A DNA stretch of 64,000 nucleotides from a virus. Its lineage: Duplodnaviria; Caudoviricetes. The stretch covers positions 17,321 through 81,320 of the IMG/VR virus record IMGVR_UViG_3300028886_000078; one strand, written 5' to 3'. The notes beneath the pieces were generated by a model, which was not told the origin of the DNA, made no database searches, and saw only the letters and a list, made by a program, of their open reading frames with translations. Below, piece by piece: positions 1 to 10,130 of this stretch (positions are counted from its first letter, which is position 1; the number at the start of each line of letters is the position of its first letter). The position numbers and the translations under genes are program-made.

Positions 1-65
1 TGCAAAAGGGGGAATTTCGGGAAATCATAAAGTAACATACACAGAATATTTAAATTCCGTGTAAG
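1..65 (+). repeat. Direct repeat copy 1 (partner 630-694); may extend left of the window
   Basis: 61/65 identity with 630-694; ends in an imperfect TACAC(A/G)GAAT...ATTCCGTGTA hairpin. Confidence 0.9.
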
Positions 66-179
66 TTAAATATATTTAATGATTTTTGTTGTGGTTCATG
101 TGCAATCTCAATACAATTAGTGAATTTTGGGGTGAAACCTGAAAATTAATACTTTTTCTGAAAGTTGGAGTTTGTCAAA

Positions 180-620
180 ATGGAATTGAATAGTTTTTTG
201 TATTTTAACGTGAAATATGAAGCTTTGGATGATGGCGGTTATTCAGCAACTATTGAAGATCTGGAAACCGATGATTATTACTTTACAGAAGGAGACTCTT
301 TAGAAGACGCTGAAAAAATGGCGAAAAGTTGTATTATTGATATGTTCAAAGCAGATATAGCATTAAAAAGAAAAGTACCTGTTTCAAAAGCTTATGAACA
401 TGGTAACTATAATCTTAAACTTGATTATGATTTAGCACTTAAATTTATGCTTAATAATTTAATGTATGATTTAAAAATTACAAAAACAGATCTTGCAAAT
501 AAGTTAAATATATCTTTCGCAAATTTGTCTAATAAATTAAAATTAAATAAAACAACATCATTAAACGATTTAGCCAGAATGTTTGAAGTGTTGGGAACAC
601 CGCTAAAAATCTCGGTATAA
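180..620 (+). CDS. hicB: HicB-like antitoxin with C-terminal Xre-type HTH
   Basis: N-terminal DDGGYSATIEDL...TEGDSLEDAEKMAKSCI is the HicB pattern; C-terminal KTDLANKLNIS...TTSLNDLARMFEVLG is an HTH; ATG at 180 preferred over TTG at 165. Confidence 0.75.
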   Translation: MELNSFLYFNVKYEALDDGGYSATIEDLETDDYYFTEGDSLEDAEKMAKSCIIDMFKADIALKRKVPVSKAYEHGNYNLKLDYDLALKFMLNNLMYDLKITKTDLANKLNISFANLSNKLKLNKTTSLNDLARMFEVLGTPLKISV

Positions 621-629
621 TTAAATTTG

Positions 630-694
630 TGCAAAAGGGGGAATTTCGGGAAAGCATAAAGTAACATACACGGAATTTTTGAATTCCGTGTAAG
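630..694 (+). repeat. Direct repeat copy 2, hairpin-containing
   Basis: 61/65 identity to 1-65; tacacggaat-N6-attccgtgta stem. Confidence 0.9.
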
Positions 695-736
695 CATTTG
701 AAAAGTGATTTTTTAGAAGTTATTGATTTGTGATTT

Positions 737-1153
737 TTAATAATTTCGCAAATAATCAACAATCTCTTTAAACGTTTTTTCGTTAAATTCTCTGCTATTA
801 ACGAATTTTTTAATACGTTTAGTTATGATTTTAATCAATGTTTCTTCATCTGCATATCGTAAACCAAGATCTTTCTCATCATCTTGATAACAAGGGTCAT
901 CCCAGTATTTACCAATTGGATCTGGTGAACCAAATAAACTACTCCAAATGAAGTCGATTGCTCTCTTATCTAATCTGTCAATATAGTTTGCTAGATATTC
1001 AGTAAAAGATGCATAAAATGCTATAGATTCATCATCAAGCAAAACATATATATGATCAGCAATAACTACTAACTCATCTGCATCAAGACCATCTAACGTA
1101 TCGATGATGTTTTCTAATTCATCATCAATATTAATTCCGTTTCTCTTTTTCAT
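737..1153 (-). CDS. Hypothetical protein
   Basis: 138 aa ORF with AAGGA RBS. Confidence 0.7.
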   Translation of the reverse strand: MKKRNGINIDDELENIIDTLDGLDADELVVIADHIYVLLDDESIAFYASFTEYLANYIDRLDKRAIDFIWSSLFGSPDPIGKYWDDPCYQDDEKDLGLRYADEETLIKIITKRIKKFVNSREFNEKTFKEIVDYLRNY

Positions 1154-1218
1154 TGTATTTTTCCTTTTTTATAATTTAATACCCCCCCCCATATAAAAAT
1201 GAGAGAGGGACAAAAATC

Positions 1219-1698
1219 TTATTCAAGAATCAGTTCATCTTCATCATCAACAATGTACTCATTGTCGTAATCCCAGATTTCCTTATCACAGCACATTTCA
1301 CGAACTGCTTCAATCCAATCGTTTTCATTATAGAATGTATACAGTGATGCATCGTAATCTTCATTATCAAACAGATAATAACAGTCTATATCGCCATGTG
1401 TTAATGGTTCGTTATTTTCATTATTGTCTTTTAATGATTTTAAAACGAACTGGAAGAATTTTTCACCCCACCATTCAGTGTCATCGGCATATTCTTTTAA
1501 ATCCTGACCGCATTCAATATATACTTCAGAAAGACGGAGATTCCAGAAGTTTTCCTTGAACAGTTTTTTATCATTACAGATTTTTTCAATCTTTTCCTGC
1601 AAGGTCAGTTCTTCTTCATGAAGTCTTGCCTTACGGCGCATAGACATAGTATCACGATAACCCTTTGTGTTGCCGAATTCGCCAAAATTTTTACGCAT
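1219..1698 (-). CDS. Hypothetical acidic protein with basic leader ending ..RLHEE (possible virion internal protein)
   Basis: 159 aa ORF, AGGA RBS, basic N-terminus then acidic body. Confidence 0.65.
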   Translation of the reverse strand: MRKNFGEFGNTKGYRDTMSMRRKARLHEEELTLQEKIEKICNDKKLFKENFWNLRLSEVYIECGQDLKEYADDTEWWGEKFFQFVLKSLKDNNENNEPLTHGDIDCYYLFDNEDYDASLYTFYNENDWIEAVREMCCDKEIWDYDNEYIVDDEDELILE

Positions 1699-1715
1699 TT
1701 TAATGTTTCCTCTAT

Positions 1716-2228
1716 TTAATACAAACTTTTCTTCTTAAGAATACTGCCGCCGGGATGCTCAGTATTCATACGCAATTTTTCGATAAATGCCTTTTCTTCA
1801 AGTGCCACTCTCGATGCTTCACCTACATCGTATATAATTGCATTCGAGTTGTCAATATTTTTAGCTTTGCAGCAGCATTTTTTGTTACAGCAATCACACT
1901 TTTTATGATTATGGCATTTATTATAAGGTTTTTCAGTTTCAATTTCGATGTTATTTGCATCTTCCATGTATTCCGAAATTATAATATCTTTATCGTTTTC
2001 GATTCTGATATCATAATCAACCGAAGTCTGTATAATATCTTCCAGCGATAAAGGTTTTACATTTCCTTTATAGACTTTAACAATATTATCTTCAAACCAG
2101 ATTGGATTTATCGGTCCTGTGATAATAGTTCCAACCGGTAATGTCCGATGTTTTAAATTCAGCGGTTTCATTAAAATATATTTTCTGTCCGCCGGAATCT
2201 CATGACAGTCACAATTACAATTTTTCAT
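1716..2228 (-). CDS. Cys/His-rich hypothetical late protein
   Basis: CNCDCH and CHNHKKCDCCNKKCCC clusters; TATAAATA late-promoter motif on the minus strand near 2251. Confidence 0.7.
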   Translation of the reverse strand: MKNCNCDCHEIPADRKYILMKPLNLKHRTLPVGTIITGPINPIWFEDNIVKVYKGNVKPLSLEDIIQTSVDYDIRIENDKDIIISEYMEDANNIEIETEKPYNKCHNHKKCDCCNKKCCCKAKNIDNSNAIIYDVGEASRVALEEKAFIEKLRMNTEHPGGSILKKKSLY

Positions 2229-2390
2229 ATTTAAAAAACCTTTTTTATTATATTTATATTTTTTAAATAAAAAATCATAATTTTGAGAGCAACGTCAAAA
2301 TTGTTATTCCTCATTTAGCATTTGCAATTTTGTATATCTTGATGCAATGGCAAGGAAGTCACTTGCGTTCTCATCATGCCTAGAATAAAT

Positions 2391-3107
2391 TTAGCTTACA
2401 CTAGCCGCACTTAGTACCCCGGTTATAATTTCTATTTTACTTTCAGGAATCTCTAGCCCCCAATTATCCCAACCGATATAATTATTTCTTGCAAACAATT
2501 CTATTTTATTTTGTTCAGGAAACATTTTAGTTATACCATCAATAACCTCAGCTGGCTTTACACTATGTTCTCCACGATGAACTTGCACCATTTGTCTTAT
2601 GTTTCTTGCCCCTCTCGGTTGAGGAAACTTTCCTCTCTTAAAGGCTAGTACAAATTCTGTCTGACTTAACGTATAACGTCCGGGATTATGAACCATTTTA
2701 TCCCAAACAAAAGCAATAGTTTTGTATTCAAAACCCCACGATTCACCTAACTCAATTGCGTTCGCCATTTGAGGTCCGGTTGTCCACATAAAAAGGATGC
2801 AATCGTCCTCAGCTATTGACAAGATATTAAGTTCCTTTAGTTGTTTTAACTTCAACGTTGGATATTTAAATTCCGCGGAACTGATAAAAATTTTTTTCTT
2901 AAAACCCACATTCTCATCTTTTATGATAGTTTTGTCATATTGCATTTTGCCACCATAATCCCATGGCGGATCTGCATATATAACAGCATATTTTTTACAA
3001 GGTAAATCCGGGTACAAATCCTTTAACGGATTAATTTTTGTCCTCTCTTTTTGCTGAACGCTGTATAGAGAGTATGCTGTAACATCTTGTGATTCAATAT
3101 TTTCCAT
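2391..3107 (-). CDS. MT-A70 family N6-adenine methyltransferase
   Basis: IYADPPWDY motif, LFMWTT, WGFEYKTIAFVWDK, HSVKP, KIELFAR; start moved to ATG 3107 (GAAGGA RBS). Confidence 0.9.
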   Translation of the reverse strand: MENIESQDVTAYSLYSVQQKERTKINPLKDLYPDLPCKKYAVIYADPPWDYGGKMQYDKTIIKDENVGFKKKIFISSAEFKYPTLKLKQLKELNILSIAEDDCILFMWTTGPQMANAIELGESWGFEYKTIAFVWDKMVHNPGRYTLSQTEFVLAFKRGKFPQPRGARNIRQMVQVHRGEHSVKPAEVIDGITKMFPEQNKIELFARNNYIGWDNWGLEIPESKIEIITGVLSAASVS

Positions 3108-3256
3108 TGTTAATCCTTCGTGAACGATTACTTTAAAACACATATGGTCAATATTTTGAAAACGACACAGTTTTACTGTGTTCGTCAAATTCGATACATT
3201 CAATAATTTTCAAAATCCGTTTCAATTTAATCGCCTTTCCTTAATCTATTCAAGAA

Positions 3257-4078
3257 TCACAAACTCCACGAATTAGGATAGAAGTTAGGAAATTCATCAA
3301 AGTTAAATATCTCAGATTTCAAACAGTGAGGGCATTTAACCTTGTTTACTGTATCTACATAGAATTTGATTGAATTATAATCATTAAAAAATATCTCAAA
3401 AACATCTGAGTTCCAGTTTTCAAGTTCATCTCTTAATTTATTACGGTCTTCTATAATAACATCATTTATAGATTTAATATGATATATAAAATCAATCAGT
3501 AATATATTAAACTCATCACCCTCATTGGCAATTACATTTTCGTATTCTGGAAAATCTTTCTCGGAAAGATGGGTAAATACCATCTTAACAGTTTTACCGT
3601 CAATTTCATGGGTGAACTCACGATCTTCCGAATAACCGTTGCAGCCACGGTATAAATCAGCTAAATCATAAGCAACTTCATATTCCTTTCCACATTCAGA
3701 GCATGTAAAAGTGTATTTAATCGGTTGCTTAAATGAATAATCTCTAATCTTATATAATACATAATTGAATTCTTCAGAATCCAACGGCACTTTTTCTTTA
3801 AGATTGTTATAAACTAGAACATTTCGGCGGTCAATGAATGTCTTGCAGTTTGCAAGTTCAGACCTCGTTTTTACTTTCCATTTATCAAATATTATATGCT
3901 TTCCATTAAGGTAGAATTCATTATCACTTATGAATTTAACATTTAAAGGCTTTTGAACTTCCTGTACTTCTACAGGTTCTTTAACTTCAACCGGTTTAAC
4001 TTTTTTGGTAGGAAGACTGTTTTTTCTTATGTATGTGCCATCTTCTGAGAATTCAGCGTTTAAATTAACTTTTTCCAT
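3257..4078 (-). CDS. Baseplate hub assembly protein (T4 gp26/gp51-like)
   Basis: YVLYKIRDYS, CSECG and CPHC motifs; directly downstream of the wedge gene. Confidence 0.55.
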   Translation of the reverse strand: MEKVNLNAEFSEDGTYIRKNSLPTKKVKPVEVKEPVEVQEVQKPLNVKFISDNEFYLNGKHIIFDKWKVKTRSELANCKTFIDRRNVLVYNNLKEKVPLDSEEFNYVLYKIRDYSFKQPIKYTFTCSECGKEYEVAYDLADLYRGCNGYSEDREFTHEIDGKTVKMVFTHLSEKDFPEYENVIANEGDEFNILLIDFIYHIKSINDVIIEDRNKLRDELENWNSDVFEIFFNDYNSIKFYVDTVNKVKCPHCLKSEIFNFDEFPNFYPNSWSL

Positions 4079-4191
4079 TATGAAAACCTTTTGAAAGCCG
4101 GGCAAACCAAGCTGCCCGACAAAATTTTTGGATTAAATGAACTATATTCAAAACATTATATTATAATATTATAATATATATGTCAAATATT

Positions 4192-7100
4192 TTAATGTAT
4201 TTTAGACGCATTTTTAAAGGTTACATCATGCAGTCTAGGGATTACATTCTTTATAACTCTGAAATTGTTTGACGGATATTTAAGATTCAAATATCTATCA
4301 ACCTTGAACATATCATAAGTTAAAGGTGAATGCAGATACATACAAGGGTCAAATGCTCTAACCAGTTGATCTATGTATTGCTGGTTTTCCTCATTCTCAG
4401 GGTCTACCAGATATCCCTCAAAAGTTAAATAATACTTATAATTAAGATTTGAACCATCTTCAAACATCACATCATAAGAATTGTTCTTTGCCTTTTTAAA
4501 GGTTAAAGGATTTGAAGTGTTTTCATATGTCTTAAAGTACCTTTCATCTTTTGAATACAGATAGGCTGCCGGTGTGGTATAGGTTCGGTCAATATACTTT
4601 GTTACCTCGGTTATATCAACTTCATCTGTAGCCCATGTATCAGAAAATTCTTCAAGCTGCCGTTTGCCCTCTTTGTTCTTTGAAAATCCCTCTAAAGCCC
4701 TCGAAAAGCTTTCATCATACCCATTGACAAACAGATGAATTAAAATCTCTTTCTTGAATCCATTGAAAATATAATACCATCCGCATAAGGTGCTGAATGA
4801 AATCTGTATAACATCTAAATCTAAATCTGTATGTTTAATCTTTCGATCATACCATGATTTACGCACACACAGTTTATAGGTATTGTATTCAATTTTATCA
4901 TGAATTACTTCACCTTGGATCTGTGCAATTCCTGCCATATGAGTATAGGTTACAGTTTTAGAATCTTTGTAAAATGCGATATTCTGATAAAAATCATCTA
5001 AATCATTCTGATTTTCACAGTTATAACCGCAGTCACAGTAATCATAAGGGGTTTCACTTACAATGCTGTATGTGCCGTTATCGTTACGCATCTTGATATT
5101 CTTAATCTTTAAGATTTCAAAACGTTTATACAGATTTTCATCTTCATGTTTCTGCCAGCCTTCTTCTACCACATTTGTTCCAAGTTCAAGAACATAATAG
5201 GTATCTTCAATACGGTCTAATCCAACTAATGAAACAGTCTGTAAAGTGTTTGTATAAGGTGCATCAAAGGTTCTTGTAATCTTTGCACGTACCGGTGCAA
5301 CTAATGCAAGTCTGTCCTGCTGTTTAGTGGTATCTGCCAATCCGGTATCATTATCAATAGTGTTATTACCGATAATATCCGTTTTAATCTCATCCCAGTC
5401 TGTATAGATCCCAACTGTTAACAGATTGATAGTGTTTTTATTGATTAGATAGCTTTCATTATCACTTAAACTATCTCTCTCAAATGCATCTTTTTCGTCA
5501 ACTTGTGATATATCATAAGATATAAAATTCTCAGTATCTATTGATGGAATTCTAGTTACATCAAGATTGCCATCATCAAAAATGGTTTCATACGGCATAG
5601 CTAAAGGAATGTAAATGTCTTTATAAGCATTATCCCACTGCTCAACTGAGCATGTTTTCTCATTCAATACAAGGTATGTATTCAGCCATGAATTGAAACC
5701 GAACAAATCTGATATTCTATAATCAAGTCTTTTAATGATATTAGTATGGAAATATTCAGAGTTGAAATGCTCAAGATAATATGTTTCATCTTTACCGGTG
5801 AAACAATTATCAAGACACTGGAATAAATTCTGATGTATTACCGATATATCGGTATTCTTATTATACTTTAAAATATCAAACTCATAATCAAAGTTGATGT
5901 ATATAGGGTGTCTGTGATGGAATATCAGACTAGGGATTCTCTGACCCTCTAAATCGCCCCATACACCTGAATAATGAGTTAATACTTTTCCGGTATCACT
6001 GTTATAGATGTTGTTTTTATACTTGATTTCAGAATCTAATATATAATTATTATTATATACTTTCTTAAGATTTTTATTATCAAGTACTTCCTTTTCTTTT
6101 AAGTTGTCAATCAAGGTTTGAATACGCTGCAATTCAGAATCGTTAGGTACTGAATTGTCTGTTACTTTTTTATACTTGATTTGACCGTTTTCAGTATATC
6201 TGTTAATACCGTAAAGTAACCATAAACCATCTTCCTTGATTTTATAAAGATAGTTATATGTGCCGGTATCGGCATTGTTATAATGATAATGGGATGAATT
6301 ACCGTCAACGTCAACTAAAATTCTTGTATCGCTCTTTTCTGGAAAGAATGAAAACCAGATATGCCCCGGAGATTTAGGAAATTCTTCATCGCCGCCCCAT
6401 ACCGATGCATCTTTTACATGCTCATTACGTTTACATGCACTTTCATAATCAATTACACTTACAAGACGGTGTGCAGAGTTATAAACCCTAGGTGCATTAT
6501 CCTTAATTGACTGTAATGATTCAGGATTTGTAGCATTTGAAATCAGTTCAACGTTATCAACACTAATAAAATCTTCAAGTTCAATACCTGAAAAGTTAAC
6601 CGATGATGGTTCACCATCAAACGAACCGTTCAAGCCGGAACTGATTAAAATATTTAACTGTACTAAAGAGCCGTATGGGACACCCTCGCCGCATCCGGCA
6701 TATTTGAAATATATTCTAGGTGTTTCCATATCCAAATCATCCTGACGTAAGAATTTATGTTTATAAGTTCCGTCAAGTAAAGTTTCGGTTTCAAGGAATG
6801 TATCGTTAGAACGATAAAATTCAACACACTGTTGCAGATGACCGGAATCATCGAAATATGTCACAAAACATTCAATTCCGTTTTCTTCCACATTTGTATA
6901 TGGAATATCTATATAATTACGGACAATATTTGTCCCGTTTACAGTAACAGAGCCGATAGTCTGTTCAAGTGACGCTACATCATCCTCATAGGTAATCAGT
7001 TCACCCTCTTTAAAAGTCAAATCTAAAGTGTCTTGAGATAATGCAAGGCATGAATTTTCAATATCATAGTAAACCGAAATAGCAATCGGTTCACCGAAAT

Positions 7101-7551
7101 AATAATAAGACTTAGAACCGGCAGTAAAATAATCATACCGGTTAAAATGATAAATCTTAAACGGTTTTATTGAATTTGTCTCATTATTTATAGTAGTAAA
7201 CTGCAGTTTCTTATCATTAGAAAGATTATTAAATTCCTCAATAACGGCATCGGGTATTTCAAGTTTCATTGTTATACGGTACTGATACGATGTTATATGT
7301 CTTGATTCATAACCTAATACTCTTGCATCCTGCAAAACGTTCCTGCGGATTGTTGCATACGGCAACAATGTTTCATTGATATTTGCTGATGTATTAACGT
7401 TTAAAGCATTGATAAAATAAGCCATTAAAGATGCAAGCTGGGTGGTATTTGAACCGTCAGAAACATCAAAGCCGGACTCATACAGTATTTTACGTGCTTC
7501 TTCAAACAATTCATCAAAATCATAAGGAACGGTTTGTGTTAAATTAGGCAT
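4192..7551 (-). CDS. Baseplate wedge subunit (T4 gp6-like) with long C-terminal extension
   Basis: SANINETLLPYATIRRNVLQDARVLGY, PESLQSIKDNAPRVYNSAHRLVSVIDYE, VWGGDEE motifs; late promoter near 7586. Confidence 0.85.
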   Translation of the reverse strand: MPNLTQTVPYDFDELFEEARKILYESGFDVSDGSNTTQLASLMAYFINALNVNTSANINETLLPYATIRRNVLQDARVLGYESRHITSYQYRITMKLEIPDAVIEEFNNLSNDKKLQFTTINNETNSIKPFKIYHFNRYDYFTAGSKSYYYFGEPIAISVYYDIENSCLALSQDTLDLTFKEGELITYEDDVASLEQTIGSVTVNGTNIVRNYIDIPYTNVEENGIECFVTYFDDSGHLQQCVEFYRSNDTFLETETLLDGTYKHKFLRQDDLDMETPRIYFKYAGCGEGVPYGSLVQLNILISSGLNGSFDGEPSSVNFSGIELEDFISVDNVELISNATNPESLQSIKDNAPRVYNSAHRLVSVIDYESACKRNEHVKDASVWGGDEEFPKSPGHIWFSFFPEKSDTRILVDVDGNSSHYHYNNADTGTYNYLYKIKEDGLWLLYGINRYTENGQIKYKKVTDNSVPNDSELQRIQTLIDNLKEKEVLDNKNLKKVYNNNYILDSEIKYKNNIYNSDTGKVLTHYSGVWGDLEGQRIPSLIFHHRHPIYINFDYEFDILKYNKNTDISVIHQNLFQCLDNCFTGKDETYYLEHFNSEYFHTNIIKRLDYRISDLFGFNSWLNTYLVLNEKTCSVEQWDNAYKDIYIPLAMPYETIFDDGNLDVTRIPSIDTENFISYDISQVDEKDAFERDSLSDNESYLINKNTINLLTVGIYTDWDEIKTDIIGNNTIDNDTGLADTTKQQDRLALVAPVRAKITRTFDAPYTNTLQTVSLVGLDRIEDTYYVLELGTNVVEEGWQKHEDENLYKRFEILKIKNIKMRNDNGTYSIVSETPYDYCDCGYNCENQNDLDDFYQNIAFYKDSKTVTYTHMAGIAQIQGEVIHDKIEYNTYKLCVRKSWYDRKIKHTDLDLDVIQISFSTLCGWYYIFNGFKKEILIHLFVNGYDESFSRALEGFSKNKEGKRQLEEFSDTWATDEVDITEVTKYIDRTYTTPAAYLYSKDERYFKTYENTSNPLTFKKAKNNSYDVMFEDGSNLNYKYYLTFEGYLVDPENEENQQYIDQLVRAFDPCMYLHSPLTYDMFKVDRYLNLKYPSNNFRVIKNVIPRLHDVTFKNASKIH

Positions 7552-7644
7552 TTTTTAATCCTTCATGAAAACTTTTTATATATTATTTATATTTATATAA
7601 TATAAATAAATAAAGATAGTTCACTAAAATTAAGGATTGAATAT

Positions 7645-8307
7645 ATGAATTTTAGACAGTTTTTAAAAATGAATGAGATGCATGTTAAAGAACGAGGTCA
7701 TAATTGCTTTTTGCTACCAGTTATCATACCTAGAGAATCAAAATGTGTCAGTGAAGAAGAAAGAATTAACAGATGGTATAAGGTAGAAGAAGTATACAAT
7801 GTTATTATGCATATGCTAAATCAATGTTTGCATAAGCAAGCAAAACTGCAGATTGAAGAACGAAACAAGAATCTAGTCACATTCTCTTTGCTTGACATAG
7901 ATTTAAAAGATGAGAATTGTATTGAGCAATTGATTAAAAATTACCTGTTAAAATTAACACCTAACGATTTTATAGAAACGCTTAATACAAATAAGAATTG
8001 CCCGGCTTATGTATTCAAAATTAAAAATTTCCTAAATGTATGTAATACAGATTTAGCAAATCCAAGCAGTATAAGACCTAAAAATTTGTATATCAAGTTT
8101 GCATTTATATACAAAATTGATAACTTAGAAAACAAAAATACAGATTATGATCAAATTGATACGGATGCAAACATCAATCGTTATTGCGGACCAACAATAC
8201 ACAAACGCAATAATAAAAACAATCCAAACATAGAAAAAGAAAGATACATCAAGATTGAGGATAATCAAATTATTCTTCATGAGATATCTTTTCATTTAAG
8301 CAAGTAG
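7645..8307 (+). CDS. Putative MqsR/RelE-fold RNase-like protein with capsid-targeting-like leader
   Basis: RNKNLVTFSLLDI...LLKLTPNDF...AYVFKI...LYIKF...ISFH pattern; leader MNFRQFLKMNE; TATAAATA at 7601. Confidence 0.5.
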   Translation: MNFRQFLKMNEMHVKERGHNCFLLPVIIPRESKCVSEEERINRWYKVEEVYNVIMHMLNQCLHKQAKLQIEERNKNLVTFSLLDIDLKDENCIEQLIKNYLLKLTPNDFIETLNTNKNCPAYVFKIKNFLNVCNTDLANPSSIRPKNLYIKFAFIYKIDNLENKNTDYDQIDTDANINRYCGPTIHKRNNKNNPNIEKERYIKIEDNQIILHEISFHLSK

Positions 8308-8657
8308 AATTTATCTTCAAGGCATAGATTACAGTACAATTCATATCTTCCAGAATCCATGATTCTCATGCAATTATAATATATAACTGTGATCTCTTTT
8401 TCATAATTGCAAATATTTTCCAATGTGATTTTGCTGATAGTTTCAGCAAAATCTCTCCAACCTATTAACTTTAATACAATTTGAGATCTATTCAAATCCT
8501 TAATAATATCTTCATCCGTTGCATTATATTCTTCATTATTATACGATGCTCTGTCTAAAACTTCACATAATAGATCTTCTGCTATAAAAGCAAGTTCCGG
8601 TTTGGTTAGATCTGTTATTTTTTCAATTTTTACAGCCTTATTATTCTTCTTTTTCAT
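8292..8657 (-). CDS. Hypothetical protein, paralog of 8852-9223
   Basis: Shared DL...EL..(I/L)AE, GW.D.AET...ITLENI..Y motifs. Confidence 0.75.
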   Translation of the reverse strand: MKKKNNKAVKIEKITDLTKPELAFIAEDLLCEVLDRASYNNEEYNATDEDIIKDLNRSQIVLKLIGWRDFAETISKITLENICNYEKEITVIYYNCMRIMDSGRYELYCNLCLEDKFYLLK

Positions 8658-8692
8658 TTCAAACCTCTAATACTTTCTATAATTCATTATAT

Positions 8693-8821
8693 ATTATATA
8701 TAATTACAAAGTAAAAATCAACATTCAGGGATTATAAGTTTGACGTATATCACTTAATTTGTGATATGTTTCATACTTATTATAATATATTATTGATTTT
8801 TGTTGAAAAATGTTTTATATT
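8693..8821. promoter_or_regulatory. Back-to-back sigma70 promoters, each with a CRP-like box
   Basis: Minus strand: TTGATT(8721-8716)-N17-TATAAT. Plus strand: TTGATT(8793)-N17-TATATT. Boxes TTTGA-N6-TCACT (8739-8754) and TGTGA-N6-TCATA (8760-8775). Confidence 0.65.
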
Positions 8822-8851
8822 TTAAATAAAGATTTTAGAGAGGTATGACCT

Positions 8852-9223
8852 ATGAATACGAATATTAAGGATTTGAGTATTGATGAATTAATCTATCTTG
8901 CTGAATATATGATTTGCGTTTTAGACTGCAGAGCGAGAAACGATGACGAATTTGCCACACCGGATGATTTGGTAAAATCTAATCTATCAAACGTACCAAC
9001 TCTTTTATATCTAGCTGGCTGGTATGATGATGCGGAAACCGTCAGAAACATCACGTTAGAAAACATAAATGATTATGTCGATTTCCTTTATGACTTAGAG
9101 TGGAAATGCCTTAGCGTTATTGATGCACTTCCACCGCACACAATTAGATATGAATTGTTTAGGGAATCAAATACTTTTGAATTCGATTATCCACACGGGA
9201 CAACGTATTATACAATAGAATAG
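8852..9223 (+). CDS. Hypothetical protein, paralog of 8292-8657
   Basis: Shared motifs with the divergent neighbour; GAGAGG RBS. Confidence 0.75.
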   Translation: MNTNIKDLSIDELIYLAEYMICVLDCRARNDDEFATPDDLVKSNLSNVPTLLYLAGWYDDAETVRNITLENINDYVDFLYDLEWKCLSVIDALPPHTIRYELFRESNTFEFDYPHGTTYYTIE

Positions 9224-9225
9224 CT

Positions 9226-9756
9226 TTATCTAAACAATGCATACTGATCAAAATTGTCAATGCTCACGTTCGGTGTTCTAAAGTTAACAGTAAATTCAAA
9301 AATCTGATTCTCATTCTCATTATCTAACTGCAATACATCTACTGTATGGATATAACATTCTTTAGCGGTTAATATAACTTTCTCACTTTCATCGGGATAA
9401 TCCGGCTCTTTGATTACTACAATACTGAATTTGTAATCATCATAATACTTGTATAACTGGGTTCTCCATATTTTTATAAACTGTTTATAAATACTTAACT
9501 GATTATAATCACGTATTTTAAATGAACCACTATGCACTTCTTCAACACCTAAGATCTGTAAATGTCTGCCACCGGCAAAGATTGACAAATCCTCTGCCAT
9601 CAATGCATCCAGACTGAAATTTATTACATGAAGTTCACCATGATTCGGCAGAAAGTCAAACATGTTTGCATGTTCACCTTGAAAGTGAATTTTAAAATTA
9701 TTGGCAAAAGACCATTTTGTATTTACAATCTTGTTAAAAGCCTGTGAAAGTTCCAT
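9226..9756 (-). CDS. Tail tube/baseplate tube-like protein (gp19/gp54 fold)
   Basis: LQLDNENENQIFEFTVNF C-terminal tube motif; structural context. Confidence 0.55.
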   Translation of the reverse strand: MELSQAFNKIVNTKWSFANNFKIHFQGEHANMFDFLPNHGELHVINFSLDALMAEDLSIFAGGRHLQILGVEEVHSGSFKIRDYNQLSIYKQFIKIWRTQLYKYYDDYKFSIVVIKEPDYPDESEKVILTAKECYIHTVDVLQLDNENENQIFEFTVNFRTPNVSIDNFDQYALFR

Positions 9757-9764
9757 ATTTTCCT

Positions 9765-10130
9765 CTAAATCAATAATGTTACTTTTGCCCTTGCATTGAT
9801 AGATGCATCCTTAAAGTAATAATCAATCAAAGCAGCTAATGTATTTTCTTTTGATGTTATTATAGATATATTCTTTATTACTATTCTCTTTTCCCATTTT
9901 GAGATTGCTTCACGGATAACAGTAATCAAAAACAGTTTAGTGCTGTCATCGTTAGGCTCAAAAGGAACTTCATAAATTCTTGAACCGAAAGTAGGTCTTC
10001 CCGGCATTGAACCTATTCTTGTATTTAATATGTTATGCAACGCATTTGAAATCGCATTTTCATCAAATACTGTTTCTTCAGGATTTGCAAAATCCTCATA
10101 TAAACTTGTTGCAGATGAAAAAGTAGGCAT
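9765..10130 (-). CDS. Baseplate protein, gp25-like
   Basis: AISNALHNILNTRIGSMPGRPTFGS...FEP...AISKWEKRI. Confidence 0.9.
   Translation of the reverse strand: MPTFSSATSLYEDFANPEETVFDENAISNALHNILNTRIGSMPGRPTFGSRIYEVPFEPNDDSTKLFLITVIREAISKWEKRIVIKNISIITSKENTLAALIDYYFKDASINARAKVTLLI

Noticed and set aside
1182-1190. Intergenic C9 tract as a third phase-variable switch
   Set aside because: It is non-coding and can be explained as one arm of a terminator-like stem pairing with 1201-1209.
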